A stretch of 64,000 nucleotides of DNA from Candidatus Magasanikiibacteriota bacterium (GTDB taxonomy: Bacteria; Patescibacteriota; Patescibacteriia; Magasanikbacterales; GWA2-37-8), in NCBI GenBank assembly GCA_030650025.1, contig JAUSEN010000029.1, positions 287 through 64,286 of the forward strand, given 5' to 3'. Below, piece after piece: positions 47,710 to 57,871 of this stretch. Under the pieces are notes generated by a model that saw only the letters and a program-made list of their open reading frames with translations, searched no databases and was not told the DNA's origin. Within the stretch, counting starts at the first letter, position 1. Every line of letters starts with the position of its first letter. The translations under genes were made by a program, and so were the position numbers.

Positions 47710-48678
47710 ATGAGCCACCCCGCTATTAAAAATATTCTTATCACCTGCGCCGGCGGCAGTGGGCCGTTGTATTTGGCTAAACAACTTAAGAAAAAAGGGT
47801 ACCACGTGTACCTCTCTGACGGCAGCAACGAGTCGATAGCTCGGTTTTTGGGTTTTCCGTTTGCTCTCATGCCGTTTGGCAATAGCCAGCAATACCTGCC
47901 GGCTGTAAAAGACCTGATTCGTCGCTGGAATATACAATGTATTGTGCCGGGCGCGGATGAAGAATTGTTAGCAGTTGCAAAATTGTGTGAAGAGATTCCT
48001 CATTTACAAGCAGTACTTCCACGCAAAGATTTTATTGCGGCCTGCCTTAATAAAAAAGAGTTAATGAAACGTTTAGCGAAGCTGTCAATTTCTTCTTTAC
48101 TGTCTTTTGCCACGCGGCGCTCGGTTGCGTACCCGGCCGCTGTTAAGCCTATGTACGGCCGCGGATCCCGTGGGTTCCACATTGTTCATAATAGCCGGCA
48201 GTTAGCCGGTTATCTGGCGTTATACAATAAAAAATTCAGCGAGCTGGTAGTGCAGCCGTATATTGCCGGTGACGAATACACGGTTTCGGTAATTGTAAAT
48301 AATAAGAATCAATTGTTAGCAATAGTCTGCAAGAAAATCTTGCTCAAGCGCGGCATAACCAAGGCGGCGGTGGTGGTTAAAAATAATGTCATCGATCGCG
48401 TATGCCGAATGATTGTTAAAAAAATGTCGCCTGGCGGTCCCTTTAACGTGCAGTTAAAGCTGTATAAAGGCAAGGTTTATATTTTTGAGATTAATCCTCG
48501 GTTGTCAACAACCTCGGTGTTAACCGACCAAGCTTGTGGCAATGAGGTTGAGCTGTATATCCATAGTTTTAATCGCGCGGTTATTAAAAAGCAACTCCCG
48601 GTACAGAGTGGCATTTTTTTGTATCGATACGAAGAAAATTTTTTTAAGTTTTCACGAACCAAGCTAAAACGCGTATGA
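47710..48678 (+). CDS. ATP-grasp domain protein
   Basis: VKPMYGRGSRG, EYTV, FNVQ and FEINPR. Confidence 0.88.
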   Translation: MSHPAIKNILITCAGGSGPLYLAKQLKKKGYHVYLSDGSNESIARFLGFPFALMPFGNSQQYLPAVKDLIRRWNIQCIVPGADEELLAVAKLCEEIPHLQAVLPRKDFIAACLNKKELMKRLAKLSISSLLSFATRRSVAYPAAVKPMYGRGSRGFHIVHNSRQLAGYLALYNKKFSELVVQPYIAGDEYTVSVIVNNKNQLLAIVCKKILLKRGITKAAVVVKNNVIDRVCRMIVKKMSPGGPFNVQLKLYKGKVYIFEINPRLSTTSVLTDQACGNEVELYIHSFNRAVIKKQLPVQSGIFLYRYEENFFKFSRTKLKRV

Positions 48679-49532
48679 AGGTACTCTTGATCGGCGGTTC
48701 GCGCTTTACCGGCCCGGCCATTGTCGCCGAATTGCTTAAAAAAAATTACGAGGTGACGGTTTTTAATCGCGGTAATATTACCGAAAGGCACGACCCCAAG
48801 GTTCGCTTTATTAAAGGGGATCGCAACAGCGGGTTTAACCTCCGTGATCATTTTGATGCGGTAATCGACACTTGCGCGTACACCAAAGAGCAGATCAAGC
48901 GGTCACTCGGCGAATTACAGTTCGATTATTATCTATTCGTAAGTACGGCAGCAGTGTATCGCAAAACGCACGTTTTTCCTTTAACCGAAGTCAATTCGCC
49001 GCGCGGGCCCTGGCCTGTGTGGGGGGAATATAGTGCGAGAAAAATTGAGTGTGAAGAAGCGCTCGAGCACAGCGGCGCGGCGCATGCGATTGTTCGCCCG
49101 GTATATATTTTAGGCCCGCACAATCCGGTTGATCGCGAAAATTTTATTTATTCTCGGTTAAGAAACAACACCCCACTCACACTGCCGGGTAATGGATCAG
49201 CCATCATTCAGTTTATTTTTGTGCAGGATATCGCTCGGATCTACGCAAGGTTAGTTGAACAAAAAATTACCGGCATTTTTAATTGCGCTGGCTCCGAAGG
49301 TATTACCTTAATTGGCTTAGTTGAGGAAATGGCGCGTATCGTGGGGGTACCACCCCAGATTGAATTTAACCCGGCCGCTGATGGTGACAAATTTGACGAG
49401 CGTCAATTCCCTTTTGCGAATGAAAATTTTTTTTGTGATAACATCAAACTCAAGCAACTTGGTTTTACCCCCAGCTCGCTCATAACAGGATTGCGTCAAG
49501 ATTACGTTGGCTACTATCGAGATTTTCGTTAA
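48675..49532 (+). CDS. NAD-dependent epimerase/reductase (atypical SDR)
   Basis: LIGGSRFTG, YSARK and RPVYILGP. Confidence 0.85.
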   Translation: MKVLLIGGSRFTGPAIVAELLKKNYEVTVFNRGNITERHDPKVRFIKGDRNSGFNLRDHFDAVIDTCAYTKEQIKRSLGELQFDYYLFVSTAAVYRKTHVFPLTEVNSPRGPWPVWGEYSARKIECEEALEHSGAAHAIVRPVYILGPHNPVDRENFIYSRLRNNTPLTLPGNGSAIIQFIFVQDIARIYARLVEQKITGIFNCAGSEGITLIGLVEEMARIVGVPPQIEFNPAADGDKFDERQFPFANENFFCDNIKLKQLGFTPSSLITGLRQDYVGYYRDFR

Positions 49533-49542
49533 AGATTAGCGC

Positions 49543-50241
49543 GTGAGTATGTATTTTATTGGCGACGTTCACAACAATATTCAAGAACTTAAGAAACTAC
49601 TGGCAACCCTCAATTTATCAGGCGGAGCCGAGCTCGTTTTTTTAGGTGACTACATTGACAAAAATACTTCAACCCAGGAAACCGTAGAGTTTCTCCTTTC
49701 GCTTTGCCAAGAGTATCACTGTGTCTTTCTCAAAGGGAATCACGATTTTGTATGGGACAGGTACCTTAACCATCAGGAGTACGCGCGGCAGGAGTTTCTC
49801 CTCAAGTACGGTTCAGCAGAATCTTTGCGGCAGTACAGTGGTTCCCCCGAGGTTTTAATTAAAAATAATGATGTCGCCGCGATCAAAGTTTTTTTCCGAG
49901 ACTACTTGAAACTTCTAGCGCTCACGCAGGATTATTTTCTAGCCGATTCATATCTGGCGGTTCACGCCGGGCTGTCGCCGGACCAGCTTAATCAGCAGCC
50001 GCTCGTTTGGAGCGAACTTAACTATTTTTTACGACCCAAGCGCATGGTGCTGGATAAAAAATATCTCGGTACCCATGCCGTAGTGGCCGGTCACACTTTT
50101 TTGTCAGACACCCCGACTATTTATCCCGGGTATATCAACGTCGATTTAGGGGCTGGATATGGCCAGTACCTGGGCGCTTTGAGCACGGAAGACAACGCCG
50201 TTATAAGATCAGATGGAAAAATATTTACTCTTAATATTTAA
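49543..50241 (+). CDS. Calcineurin-like metallophosphoesterase
   Basis: GDVH, GDYID, GNHD, HAG and GHT motifs. Confidence 0.9.
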   Translation: MSMYFIGDVHNNIQELKKLLATLNLSGGAELVFLGDYIDKNTSTQETVEFLLSLCQEYHCVFLKGNHDFVWDRYLNHQEYARQEFLLKYGSAESLRQYSGSPEVLIKNNDVAAIKVFFRDYLKLLALTQDYFLADSYLAVHAGLSPDQLNQQPLVWSELNYFLRPKRMVLDKKYLGTHAVVAGHTFLSDTPTIYPGYINVDLGAGYGQYLGALSTEDNAVIRSDGKIFTLNI

Positions 50242-50244
50242 AAT

Positions 50245-50916
50245 ATGAAGTCAAAAATTTTGGTTGTTGCCGCTCATCCGGATGATGAGCTCCTTGGAGT
50301 TGGGGGAACAGTGGCGTATCACAGCGGAAAAGGGGATAGCGTGTATGCTCTTATTTTAGGGCAAGGAGCATTATCGCGAAGCGGAGCCAAACCAGCCGCA
50401 GTTACTAAATTGCACGAACAGGCCAAACAGGCCAGCAAGATAATTGGATTTAGAGAAGTTTTTTTTGCAGATTTTCCTGACAATGCCTTTGATTCCGTAA
50501 GTTTACTTACGATTACTCAGGAGGTCGAAAAGTATCTTACCAAGATTGCGCCAGACCGAGTGTATACTCATCATGAATATGATCTCAATATTGATCACCG
50601 ACTAACTTTCCAGGCTGTCCTTACTGCCTGCCGGCCTTGCAATCAGTATTGCCCGCGCGAACTGTACACGTTCGAGACACTTTCTTCCACAGAATGGCAG
50701 AGTAAAGATCATAAACAGTTTCAACCAACAGTGTATCAAGATATTACCGCTACTATTGGTACAAAGTTAAAAGCCTTAGCCTGCTATGCCGGTGAAATGC
50801 GCTCATATCCGCACCCACGTTCGTTAGAAGGAGCGAAAATTTTGGCTCAATGTCGAGGATTAGAAGTACAGCTTAAATACGCTGAAGCTTTTCATTTAAT
50901 AAGGAAGATTCAATAA
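50245..50916 (+). CDS. PIG-L/LmbE family deacetylase
   Basis: AAHPDDE, DLNIDH and PHPRS. Confidence 0.92.
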   Translation: MKSKILVVAAHPDDELLGVGGTVAYHSGKGDSVYALILGQGALSRSGAKPAAVTKLHEQAKQASKIIGFREVFFADFPDNAFDSVSLLTITQEVEKYLTKIAPDRVYTHHEYDLNIDHRLTFQAVLTACRPCNQYCPRELYTFETLSSTEWQSKDHKQFQPTVYQDITATIGTKLKALACYAGEMRSYPHPRSLEGAKILAQCRGLEVQLKYAEAFHLIRKIQ

Positions 50917-50924
50917 AGTAAAGT

Positions 50925-51521
50925 ATGGAAGCTGCTGATCAATTGCAAGAAATGTTGGAAAACGAGGCGCCTAGTCGGAGCGATGCTATTGTTTGGTTAC
51001 AAGGCGATCAATATGATCGAGGCAAAAAAGTGTTCGAGTTATACCAAGAAAAATTTGCGCCGCGGATTATTATAACTGGAAATGATGAATTGATTGGCCA
51101 AGGGAAGCGTTTTGAAGAGAGTAATATTTCACTTAATGCCATGCGTAGTTGGTTGCTAGCCCGGGGGGTAGCGCCGCCAGATATTACCGTTGATGCTGAT
51201 CCGCTCAATACGCGCGAACAAGCCGAGCACGTTATCCAACTTGCCAAAAAAAATGATTGGCGCCAGCTAATATTAGTTGGCTCTATATATTATCAAATGC
51301 GTGCTTTCCTAACTTTTTTAAAGTACGCTAAAGAAAGTGACTGGACGGGACGCATTTTGAATCAGATGGCAAAAATTAAGTGGGACGATGTACCAAGCGG
51401 ACGTCAACAAACCGCTCGGACGTATTTTTTGGTTGACAAGAAAAAAATTGAGCAGTATCGAGCGCACGTCGCGCCCGTCGCCGAGGGGATTGCTTATTTA
51501 AAATCACGCCGAAGCATATGA
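50925..51521 (+). CDS. YdcF/DUF218 family protein
   Basis: DAIVWL, IIITG, NTREQA and LVGSIYYQMRA. Confidence 0.8.
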   Translation: MEAADQLQEMLENEAPSRSDAIVWLQGDQYDRGKKVFELYQEKFAPRIIITGNDELIGQGKRFEESNISLNAMRSWLLARGVAPPDITVDADPLNTREQAEHVIQLAKKNDWRQLILVGSIYYQMRAFLTFLKYAKESDWTGRILNQMAKIKWDDVPSGRQQTARTYFLVDKKKIEQYRAHVAPVAEGIAYLKSRRSI

Positions 51522-52156
51522 TAATTAATCTACTCACTGATAATCCACAAAGTTGGATTATCCCATACGTTAAGCAGGCAGCAGAAGAATTGCGTTCTCT
51601 TGGCCACACGGTATATTTTGTCCACAATCAAAAAGATATTGTGGCGGGAGACTGCGCCTTTTTTTTGGGGTGTGAAAAACTAGTAAAATCCGAGACGCTC
51701 AAAAAAAATAAACACAATCTTGTAATTCATGAAAGCGCTCTGCCCGCGGGCAAGGGTTGGTCGCCGCTCACCTGGCAAATTTTAGATGGAAAAAATGACA
51801 TACCCGTGTCGCTGTTTGAAGCGGAAGCGGCAGTTGATAACGGCCCGATTTATTTTCAGGACACGCTTCATTTTGCGGGGTATGAATTAAATAAAGAATT
51901 GAAAGAGGCCCAGGGGCGACTATCAATAGAGTTAGTTAAGCGTTTTGTTCTCGCCTACCCGGCGATTACTGGGCAGAGGCAGGCTGGCGCCGCGACTTTT
52001 TATTCGCGGCGCACTCCTAAAGACAGCGAATTAGACGTAAACAAAACAATCGCCGAGCAATTTAATTTGTTCCGAGTTGTTGATAATGAAAACTACCCCG
52101 CTTTTTTCAATCACCTCGGCCATAAATATATAATAAAAATATACAAATTCGAATAA
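51518..52156 (+). CDS. Formyltransferase (sugar N-formyltransferase-like)
   Basis: HESALPAGKGWSPL, VDNGPI and RVVDNENYPAF. Confidence 0.88.
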   Translation: MIINLLTDNPQSWIIPYVKQAAEELRSLGHTVYFVHNQKDIVAGDCAFFLGCEKLVKSETLKKNKHNLVIHESALPAGKGWSPLTWQILDGKNDIPVSLFEAEAAVDNGPIYFQDTLHFAGYELNKELKEAQGRLSIELVKRFVLAYPAITGQRQAGAATFYSRRTPKDSELDVNKTIAEQFNLFRVVDNENYPAFFNHLGHKYIIKIYKFE

Positions 52157-52180
52157 AAATCAGCTATCGAATTAAAAATC

Positions 52181-53443
52181 TCACCGATATCTTCTAAAGA
52201 GAAAGAGTAGTAGCACAAAGTACACTCCTTGTGCCGCGAGTCTCGAGGCCACCAGCCCCCACAGGCCATAAATTGGCAATAGTACTAAGTACAAAACAAT
52301 TTTGGTAATTGAATTCGCTGTATTTACCACGTACAGCTCTTTCTTTTTGGCGTGAGCAAAAAAGGTTTGCGCAATCAAGACGTCCATCGTCAAAATTATT
52401 GCCAACGACAGTACTTGTGAATACTTTATTGACTCCAGGTATTGTGGGAAAATGAGCTTAAAGACATAGGGCACGGCTATGATATAAATTATGATTAACA
52501 TGAGGCTCAATATAAATAGTCTAAGCATTTTGGCTGTCAAACCAGCTTTAATTTCTTGAATAGTTTTAGCGCTTAATTTAGGTAAACTGATATCTTTTAA
52601 GAGCCCTTTGGTGATGTCCGATAGCATATCCACCGGTTTGGTGGCAAAGGCGTAAATTGCGAGTTTGGCCGGCCCTAAAAAGTGGAATACCAGAATTTTA
52701 TCAATTTGATTGGCGATACTCGTGAGTACATTTATCAGCGTCAAATGCTTAGCAAAATTAAATGTTTCCTGGTCGATAAGATTATTTTCCAGTTTTATAA
52801 TTTTGGGAGTATAAAAATAATAAAAACTGACTACCGCGGTATTAATCAAAAAATAAAGAAAAATGATAACCAAAATCTGGGTTGTCAGGAGCAGGGCGGC
52901 AGTAATTGTTAAAAGATACAAGCTGGTTTGAATAATATTATAAATACTGATTAATTTAAAGTTTTTTTTGCCGGATAAATACGGCATATAAATTCCCACA
53001 CATTCCTGGAACGGCGAAAATAGCCCGATAATTAGCATGGCTGAACCGAGCAGCGTCTGTCCGTGTAAAAAGTAGAAGATAGCAGTACTCGCGGCAACCA
53101 CCGGTATGATTAGGCTCCCTTTTAAACGTACCCAAAAAGCCTTTTTATACATGCCATCGAAACCTTTGGCAAACGCTGGAATTAGCGCCTTATTCATTCC
53201 GGCCGTGAGCGAAAATCCAGAAATAGTCGCTGATAAGGCGAGGATATACTTAAAAACTCCGTAATTTTCTGGAGACAACAAATTGGCAAAAAGTATGGAT
53301 GTCGTTAACCCGGCAAAAATAGCGTATCCGTTATTGAGAGTAATCCAAAAACCGCTTTTTGTAATATACAACATGTCGGTTTTGGTATATTTTTGGCTCC
53401 ACAGCAAGAATGCCTTAATTTTGCTTCTAAAAAAATTTAGCAT
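52181..53443 (-). CDS. Oligosaccharide flippase (Wzx-like)
   Basis: About 12 TM helices; LSPENYG and QIDKILV...LAIYAFA. Confidence 0.88.
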   Translation of the reverse strand: MLNFFRSKIKAFLLWSQKYTKTDMLYITKSGFWITLNNGYAIFAGLTTSILFANLLSPENYGVFKYILALSATISGFSLTAGMNKALIPAFAKGFDGMYKKAFWVRLKGSLIIPVVAASTAIFYFLHGQTLLGSAMLIIGLFSPFQECVGIYMPYLSGKKNFKLISIYNIIQTSLYLLTITAALLLTTQILVIIFLYFLINTAVVSFYYFYTPKIIKLENNLIDQETFNFAKHLTLINVLTSIANQIDKILVFHFLGPAKLAIYAFATKPVDMLSDITKGLLKDISLPKLSAKTIQEIKAGLTAKMLRLFILSLMLIIIYIIAVPYVFKLIFPQYLESIKYSQVLSLAIILTMDVLIAQTFFAHAKKKELYVVNTANSITKIVLYLVLLPIYGLWGLVASRLAAQGVYFVLLLFLFRRYR

Positions 53444-53448
53444 AAGAT

Positions 53449-55266
53449 TTACTGGTTTTTAAAAAATTGGTCATACCACGCGGCGAGCATAATTAAAGAC
53501 CAAATTTTCTTGTCATTACCCGCCGTTGGTTTTTTTACAATGGTTTGGAGCGCGGCGTTATTAAACCCGAGGCGCGGCAGTACTCTCTCGAGCAAATTTT
53601 CTTGGATCTGCTCGAGCGCCGTGGCTTTAAGCCAGTTTTTAATTGGAAAATCAAACCCCTGCTTAGGCCGATCAATACAAGCGCCGGGCAGGAAGCGCCG
53701 CGCGATTTTTTTAAAAATTATTTTTTTATTCCAGATATTAAATTTTAAATTAATTGGCATCTTAGCGGTTAGTTCGATTAGTTCCTGGTCGAGGAGCGGG
53801 GAGCGGACTTCTAGCGAGTGCGCCATACTCGCAATATCGACTTTGGGAATGAGTCCGCCTGGTAAATGAGCGGTAAACCCCGCGTAGAGAATTTGGTCCA
53901 GTTCGTTGGTAATATTTTTGTTCAGTTCAATGTTTCTTGGCGCGCGAAAAGCCTCCGGCCACAAAGCCTTTTTTTCTTCAGCCGTAAAAATATTCGTAAT
54001 GCTATCATAAGTCTCGGCAGGAGAAGCGTTCGCGAGAGCCAAGAGCCGAGCGGCGCGGCGCGCCCCTACGGCGCGGGCGAGCCCAGCGAGAGTTTTACTA
54101 CCGGGGATACGGCGAAGTAGCTGGTGTATGGCCATGGCCTGGTAGCGGTAGTAGCCGCCAAACAGTTCATCCCCGCCATCGCCATTGAGTGCCACTGTCA
54201 ACCCATCCCGCGTAGCCCTACATAAATACCATGTGGGCACGGCCGAGTTATCAGCAAACGGTTCTTCGTACTGGTAGGCCAGTTTAGGAATCAGTTCGAG
54301 CGCGTTCATTGCCAGTATAATTTCGTGGTGCTCCGTGCCGTAGCGGTCGGCCACGAGTTTGGCATAGGGCAATTCGTTGTACGTTTGTTCGGCAAAACCA
54401 ACCGAGTAGGTTTTTATGGGTGTGCTACTCTCGGCGGCCATTAGTGCGACAATTAAGCTGGAATCAATCCCTCCCGACAAATGCGCTCCGAGCGGCACAT
54501 CAGCCATGAGGCGAATTTTAACAGCTTCTCGCAATTTAGAGAGTAATATTTCTTCCCACTCGGGTTTTGTATGCGTGAGTTTTTTAGTAAAATCAATATC
54601 CCAGTAACGCTTTTTTTGAACTTCACCGCTCTCTTTAACAATTAAATAATGCGCCGGTTCTAACTTGGCAATATTTTTAAAGCCCGTGCGCGGGGAGGGC
54701 ACATAGCCGAGCGACAGGTATTCATCTAGCGCCGCAGGGTCCACCTCACGCGCCACGGCCGGATTATTTAAAAACGCTTTTAACTCTGAAGCGAAAATAA
54801 AAGTTTGTTTATCCAAGTAATATTTAAGCGGCTTTTTGCCCACCCGATCACGGGCCACGAACAGCTCTCTTTTGTTAGTATCCCAAATTGCCAAGGCAAA
54901 CATACCGCGGAGCTTCATCAGGCAGGCCGCGCCATATTTTATATATAAATAGATTATTACTTCAGTATCCGAGCGCGATTTAAACACGACGCCGTCCTGT
55001 TCGAGCTCGCGCCGCAAATCCAGAAAATTATAAATTTCGCCGTTAAAAGTTATCCGGTAATTTCCACTCGCGTCACTCATAGGCTGGTGGCCGGCCGGGG
55101 AGAGATCGATAATCGCTAAGCGGCGGTGCCCGAGGCCTAAGGGTCCAGACACAAAAACACCGCTATCATCTGGTCCGCGGTGGGCAATTCTCTCCGCCAT
55201 AATTCTAATTTCGCGTTCTTCAACCGGAACGCCATTAAAATTAAATTTTCCCACGATTCCGCACAT
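53449..55266 (-). CDS. asnB: Asparagine synthase-like amidotransferase (glutamine-hydrolysing)
   Basis: MCGI, HRGPD, LSGGIDSS and GDGGDELFGGY; in this locus it probably amidates glycan. Confidence 0.93.
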   Translation of the reverse strand: MCGIVGKFNFNGVPVEEREIRIMAERIAHRGPDDSGVFVSGPLGLGHRRLAIIDLSPAGHQPMSDASGNYRITFNGEIYNFLDLRRELEQDGVVFKSRSDTEVIIYLYIKYGAACLMKLRGMFALAIWDTNKRELFVARDRVGKKPLKYYLDKQTFIFASELKAFLNNPAVAREVDPAALDEYLSLGYVPSPRTGFKNIAKLEPAHYLIVKESGEVQKKRYWDIDFTKKLTHTKPEWEEILLSKLREAVKIRLMADVPLGAHLSGGIDSSLIVALMAAESSTPIKTYSVGFAEQTYNELPYAKLVADRYGTEHHEIILAMNALELIPKLAYQYEEPFADNSAVPTWYLCRATRDGLTVALNGDGGDELFGGYYRYQAMAIHQLLRRIPGSKTLAGLARAVGARRAARLLALANASPAETYDSITNIFTAEEKKALWPEAFRAPRNIELNKNITNELDQILYAGFTAHLPGGLIPKVDIASMAHSLEVRSPLLDQELIELTAKMPINLKFNIWNKKIIFKKIARRFLPGACIDRPKQGFDFPIKNWLKATALEQIQENLLERVLPRLGFNNAALQTIVKKPTAGNDKKIWSLIMLAAWYDQFFKNQ

Positions 55267-55278
55267 ATAATTACTTAC

Positions 55279-56403
55279 TTAAGAAGCATAGAGTTTTTGG
55301 TAAGAGGCCACTGTCGTTGTCACCGCAAAATCTTTAGCCCGCTCCGCGGCTAGCTGTGATAATTTTATCCTGGCCGAAGGATTCATTGCCAGATGATTAA
55401 TTTGGTTAACCAGGCCCGGGCTGTCGTTCAACCCGAAAAATAAAGCGGCCTCTCGAAGAGTTTCTCGATTAGGGGGGATATCGCTCGCAATAATTGGTAG
55501 TTGAACGTTTAGAGCCTCGAGGAGCGTTAAGGACATTCCTTCATAGCGGGAGGGGAGCACAAAAATATCAAACGCTGGCAAAAATCGGGACGCCTTTTCG
55601 ATTCCGCCCGTAAAGATCACGCGGTCATTTAAGTGGAGCTTAGTGGCTAAATTTTTTAGATTTAATTCTTCCGGGCCATCGCCAATAATTAAAAATACCA
55701 TTTCGGCAGGCAGAGCTTTATTTTGGGCCAAAGCATTTAATAGCCAAGCGTAGTTTTTTTGGTAAGCTAACCGGCCAATTGAGCCGACCAGAAATTTATT
55801 ATTGACAAATTCTTTTCCGATAATCGCGGCGAGCTCGGCGCGCGCTTCTTCTTTGCCCCACCCTTCTCTTGGCAAGTTAACGCCATTATAAATAACCCGG
55901 CTGTTTTTGGCTAGGTTCAGCTTACGGGCCGCGGTTTGGTTAACTTCCGAAACAAAGACCTGGTGGTCGCAAAATTTTAACAATAACCAAAACAGTATTT
56001 TATAAACCCCGCGCGTTAAAGTGTTCTTATAATTTTCGTCTAGTATTGATAAACCTCGCCACGTAAAGACTACTTTTGGTCCAGGTTTTATAAGTTTAGC
56101 GCCAAGAGCCGCGAATAATGTGTTAGTGCTGTTGCAATGAAGTACCTGATAGTTGGATTTAATTAAAAATCGCCGTAGCTCCCAAATAAATAGCAAATTA
56201 GTAATCGGGTTGAGAGTGCGTTTTAAATGCTTAAATTTAACAAAATTAATTCCGGATTTTTTCAGTTCATTTTCCAGGTACCACCCTTCGCCAAACCCTA
56301 CGGCGACGTCCCCTCCACGCGCTTTGAGCCCCGTGGCCAAAACCAAGACCGATTGTTGCGCGCCGCCGAGCTCTCCCTTAGTTATTAATAGCAGAACCTT
56401 CAT
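55279..56403 (-). CDS. Glycosyltransferase family 4
   Basis: GGAQ, GRLAYQKN and PSRYEGMSLTLLEA. Confidence 0.92.
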   Translation of the reverse strand: MKVLLLITKGELGGAQQSVLVLATGLKARGGDVAVGFGEGWYLENELKKSGINFVKFKHLKRTLNPITNLLFIWELRRFLIKSNYQVLHCNSTNTLFAALGAKLIKPGPKVVFTWRGLSILDENYKNTLTRGVYKILFWLLLKFCDHQVFVSEVNQTAARKLNLAKNSRVIYNGVNLPREGWGKEEARAELAAIIGKEFVNNKFLVGSIGRLAYQKNYAWLLNALAQNKALPAEMVFLIIGDGPEELNLKNLATKLHLNDRVIFTGGIEKASRFLPAFDIFVLPSRYEGMSLTLLEALNVQLPIIASDIPPNRETLREAALFFGLNDSPGLVNQINHLAMNPSARIKLSQLAAERAKDFAVTTTVASYQKLYAS

Positions 56404-56415
56404 AATTGCCAAAGC

Positions 56416-56444
56416 TTGAATATTTTAGCGCCAAGTTATATAAT
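56416..56444 (+). promoter_or_regulatory. Probable promoter of the ugd operon
   Basis: TTGAAT, 17 bp spacer, TATAAT. Confidence 0.55.
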
Positions 56445-56475
56445 AACGCAGTTAGTATTAACGCTTTTTAAGGAT

Positions 56476-57867
56476 ATGCGAATTATCTATATCGGTTCCG
56501 GTTTTGTGGGCGCTTGCAGCGCCGCGGTAGCGGCGGGGAGCGGGCACGACACTCTGGTTTATGATATTGATCAGAACAAGATAGACTTGCTTAGTTCTGG
56601 CGATCGCGCCCGGATCGAATCCTGTCTTTTTGAAGAAGGTTTAAGTGATTTGCTGGTGCGCAATAGCGAGCGTATCCATTTTACCACAAATTACTCTAAA
56701 GTAAAGGAGTATTTGGCCGCGGCCGCGGCTGTATTCTTGTGTTTGCCGACGCCCGAAATTGCCGAAACAGGCGAGAGTAATATGAGTTATTATTGGGCCG
56801 CGTGCGAGGTGCTGGCTAAAGCGATGGCCGAGCGCGCTCAAGGCGCGCAAAGCAACCACATCACCATTATAAATAAAAGCACGGTGCCGATTGGCACAGC
56901 GCGAACAATTGAAGATTTTTTTAAAAACCAAGGCGTTAAAAATTTTGGTATCGCGGCTAACCCCGAATTCTTAGTAGAAGGCAAAGCTATCTTGGGCTCT
57001 CTTAAACCCGATCGTATCGTGGTCGGGGCTTCTGCCCCCGAGGATTTCGCTATTTTGCGCGGCATTTACCAGCGTTTTACCGATTCACCAACTACCGAGT
57101 ATCTCGAAGTTACTCCTTCCGAGGCCGAGGCGGGCAAGCTCCTGGCCAACTTTTATTTGTTTAACCGGTTGGCAGTTTGTTTTGATGTTATCGGGCGCAC
57201 TGCCGAGACTTTTAAAGATATTAAATTTGAAAGCCTGCGCCGTATTTTAACCTCTGACCCCCGCATTGGCGGGTGGGGGTTTTATGACAGCCTGTATGCG
57301 GGTGGCAGCTGCTTTATCAAAGATTCCCGGTCCTTAGCTACCCAGTTCGAAAAAAACGGCGCGGCCTCGCCTTTAGTCCAAAATACTTACCAGGCTAACG
57401 AACGCCAGCTGGAGCAATTTTTGAAGCGTGCTAACACGGAAGCAAATTTTTCTTTTCAAGGCCAAACCATAACTATTTTAGGGGTGGCTTTTAAACGCGA
57501 CACTAATGACGTGCGCCATAGCCCGGCTTTTAAAATTGTTAGCCGCTTAGGAGATGAGGGCGTTGCCAAAATTAATATCTACGATCCGGCCGCGGCCGCT
57601 TATTTTAAAGCCGCTCTAGAGGGCAACAATAAACTTAATTTTTTTGATTCTGCCGAAGAAGCTATGGAGTCGGCGAGTGCTATTATTATCGCCACTGACT
57701 GGCCGCAATTTCGCGGGCTAGCCGATGTTTTGCTTAGCCCGAAGTTTACCGCCCGCCCTCTTATTATGGATGGCCGGCGCATGCTCCAGCACCGCTACCA
57801 GGATTTAGAGTCCGCTGGTTTTAGCATTATTGCCGTGGGTTCGCCGTTTATCCGTGCTCTCCAATAA
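56476..57867 (+). CDS. ugd: UDP-glucose 6-dehydrogenase family
   Basis: IGSGFVG, KSTVPIGT, NPEFLVEG, GGSCFIKD and AFKRDTNDVR. Confidence 0.88.
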   Translation: MRIIYIGSGFVGACSAAVAAGSGHDTLVYDIDQNKIDLLSSGDRARIESCLFEEGLSDLLVRNSERIHFTTNYSKVKEYLAAAAAVFLCLPTPEIAETGESNMSYYWAACEVLAKAMAERAQGAQSNHITIINKSTVPIGTARTIEDFFKNQGVKNFGIAANPEFLVEGKAILGSLKPDRIVVGASAPEDFAILRGIYQRFTDSPTTEYLEVTPSEAEAGKLLANFYLFNRLAVCFDVIGRTAETFKDIKFESLRRILTSDPRIGGWGFYDSLYAGGSCFIKDSRSLATQFEKNGAASPLVQNTYQANERQLEQFLKRANTEANFSFQGQTITILGVAFKRDTNDVRHSPAFKIVSRLGDEGVAKINIYDPAAAAYFKAALEGNNKLNFFDSAEEAMESASAIIIATDWPQFRGLADVLLSPKFTARPLIMDGRRMLQHRYQDLESAGFSIIAVGSPFIRALQ

Positions 57868-57871
57868 CTTT

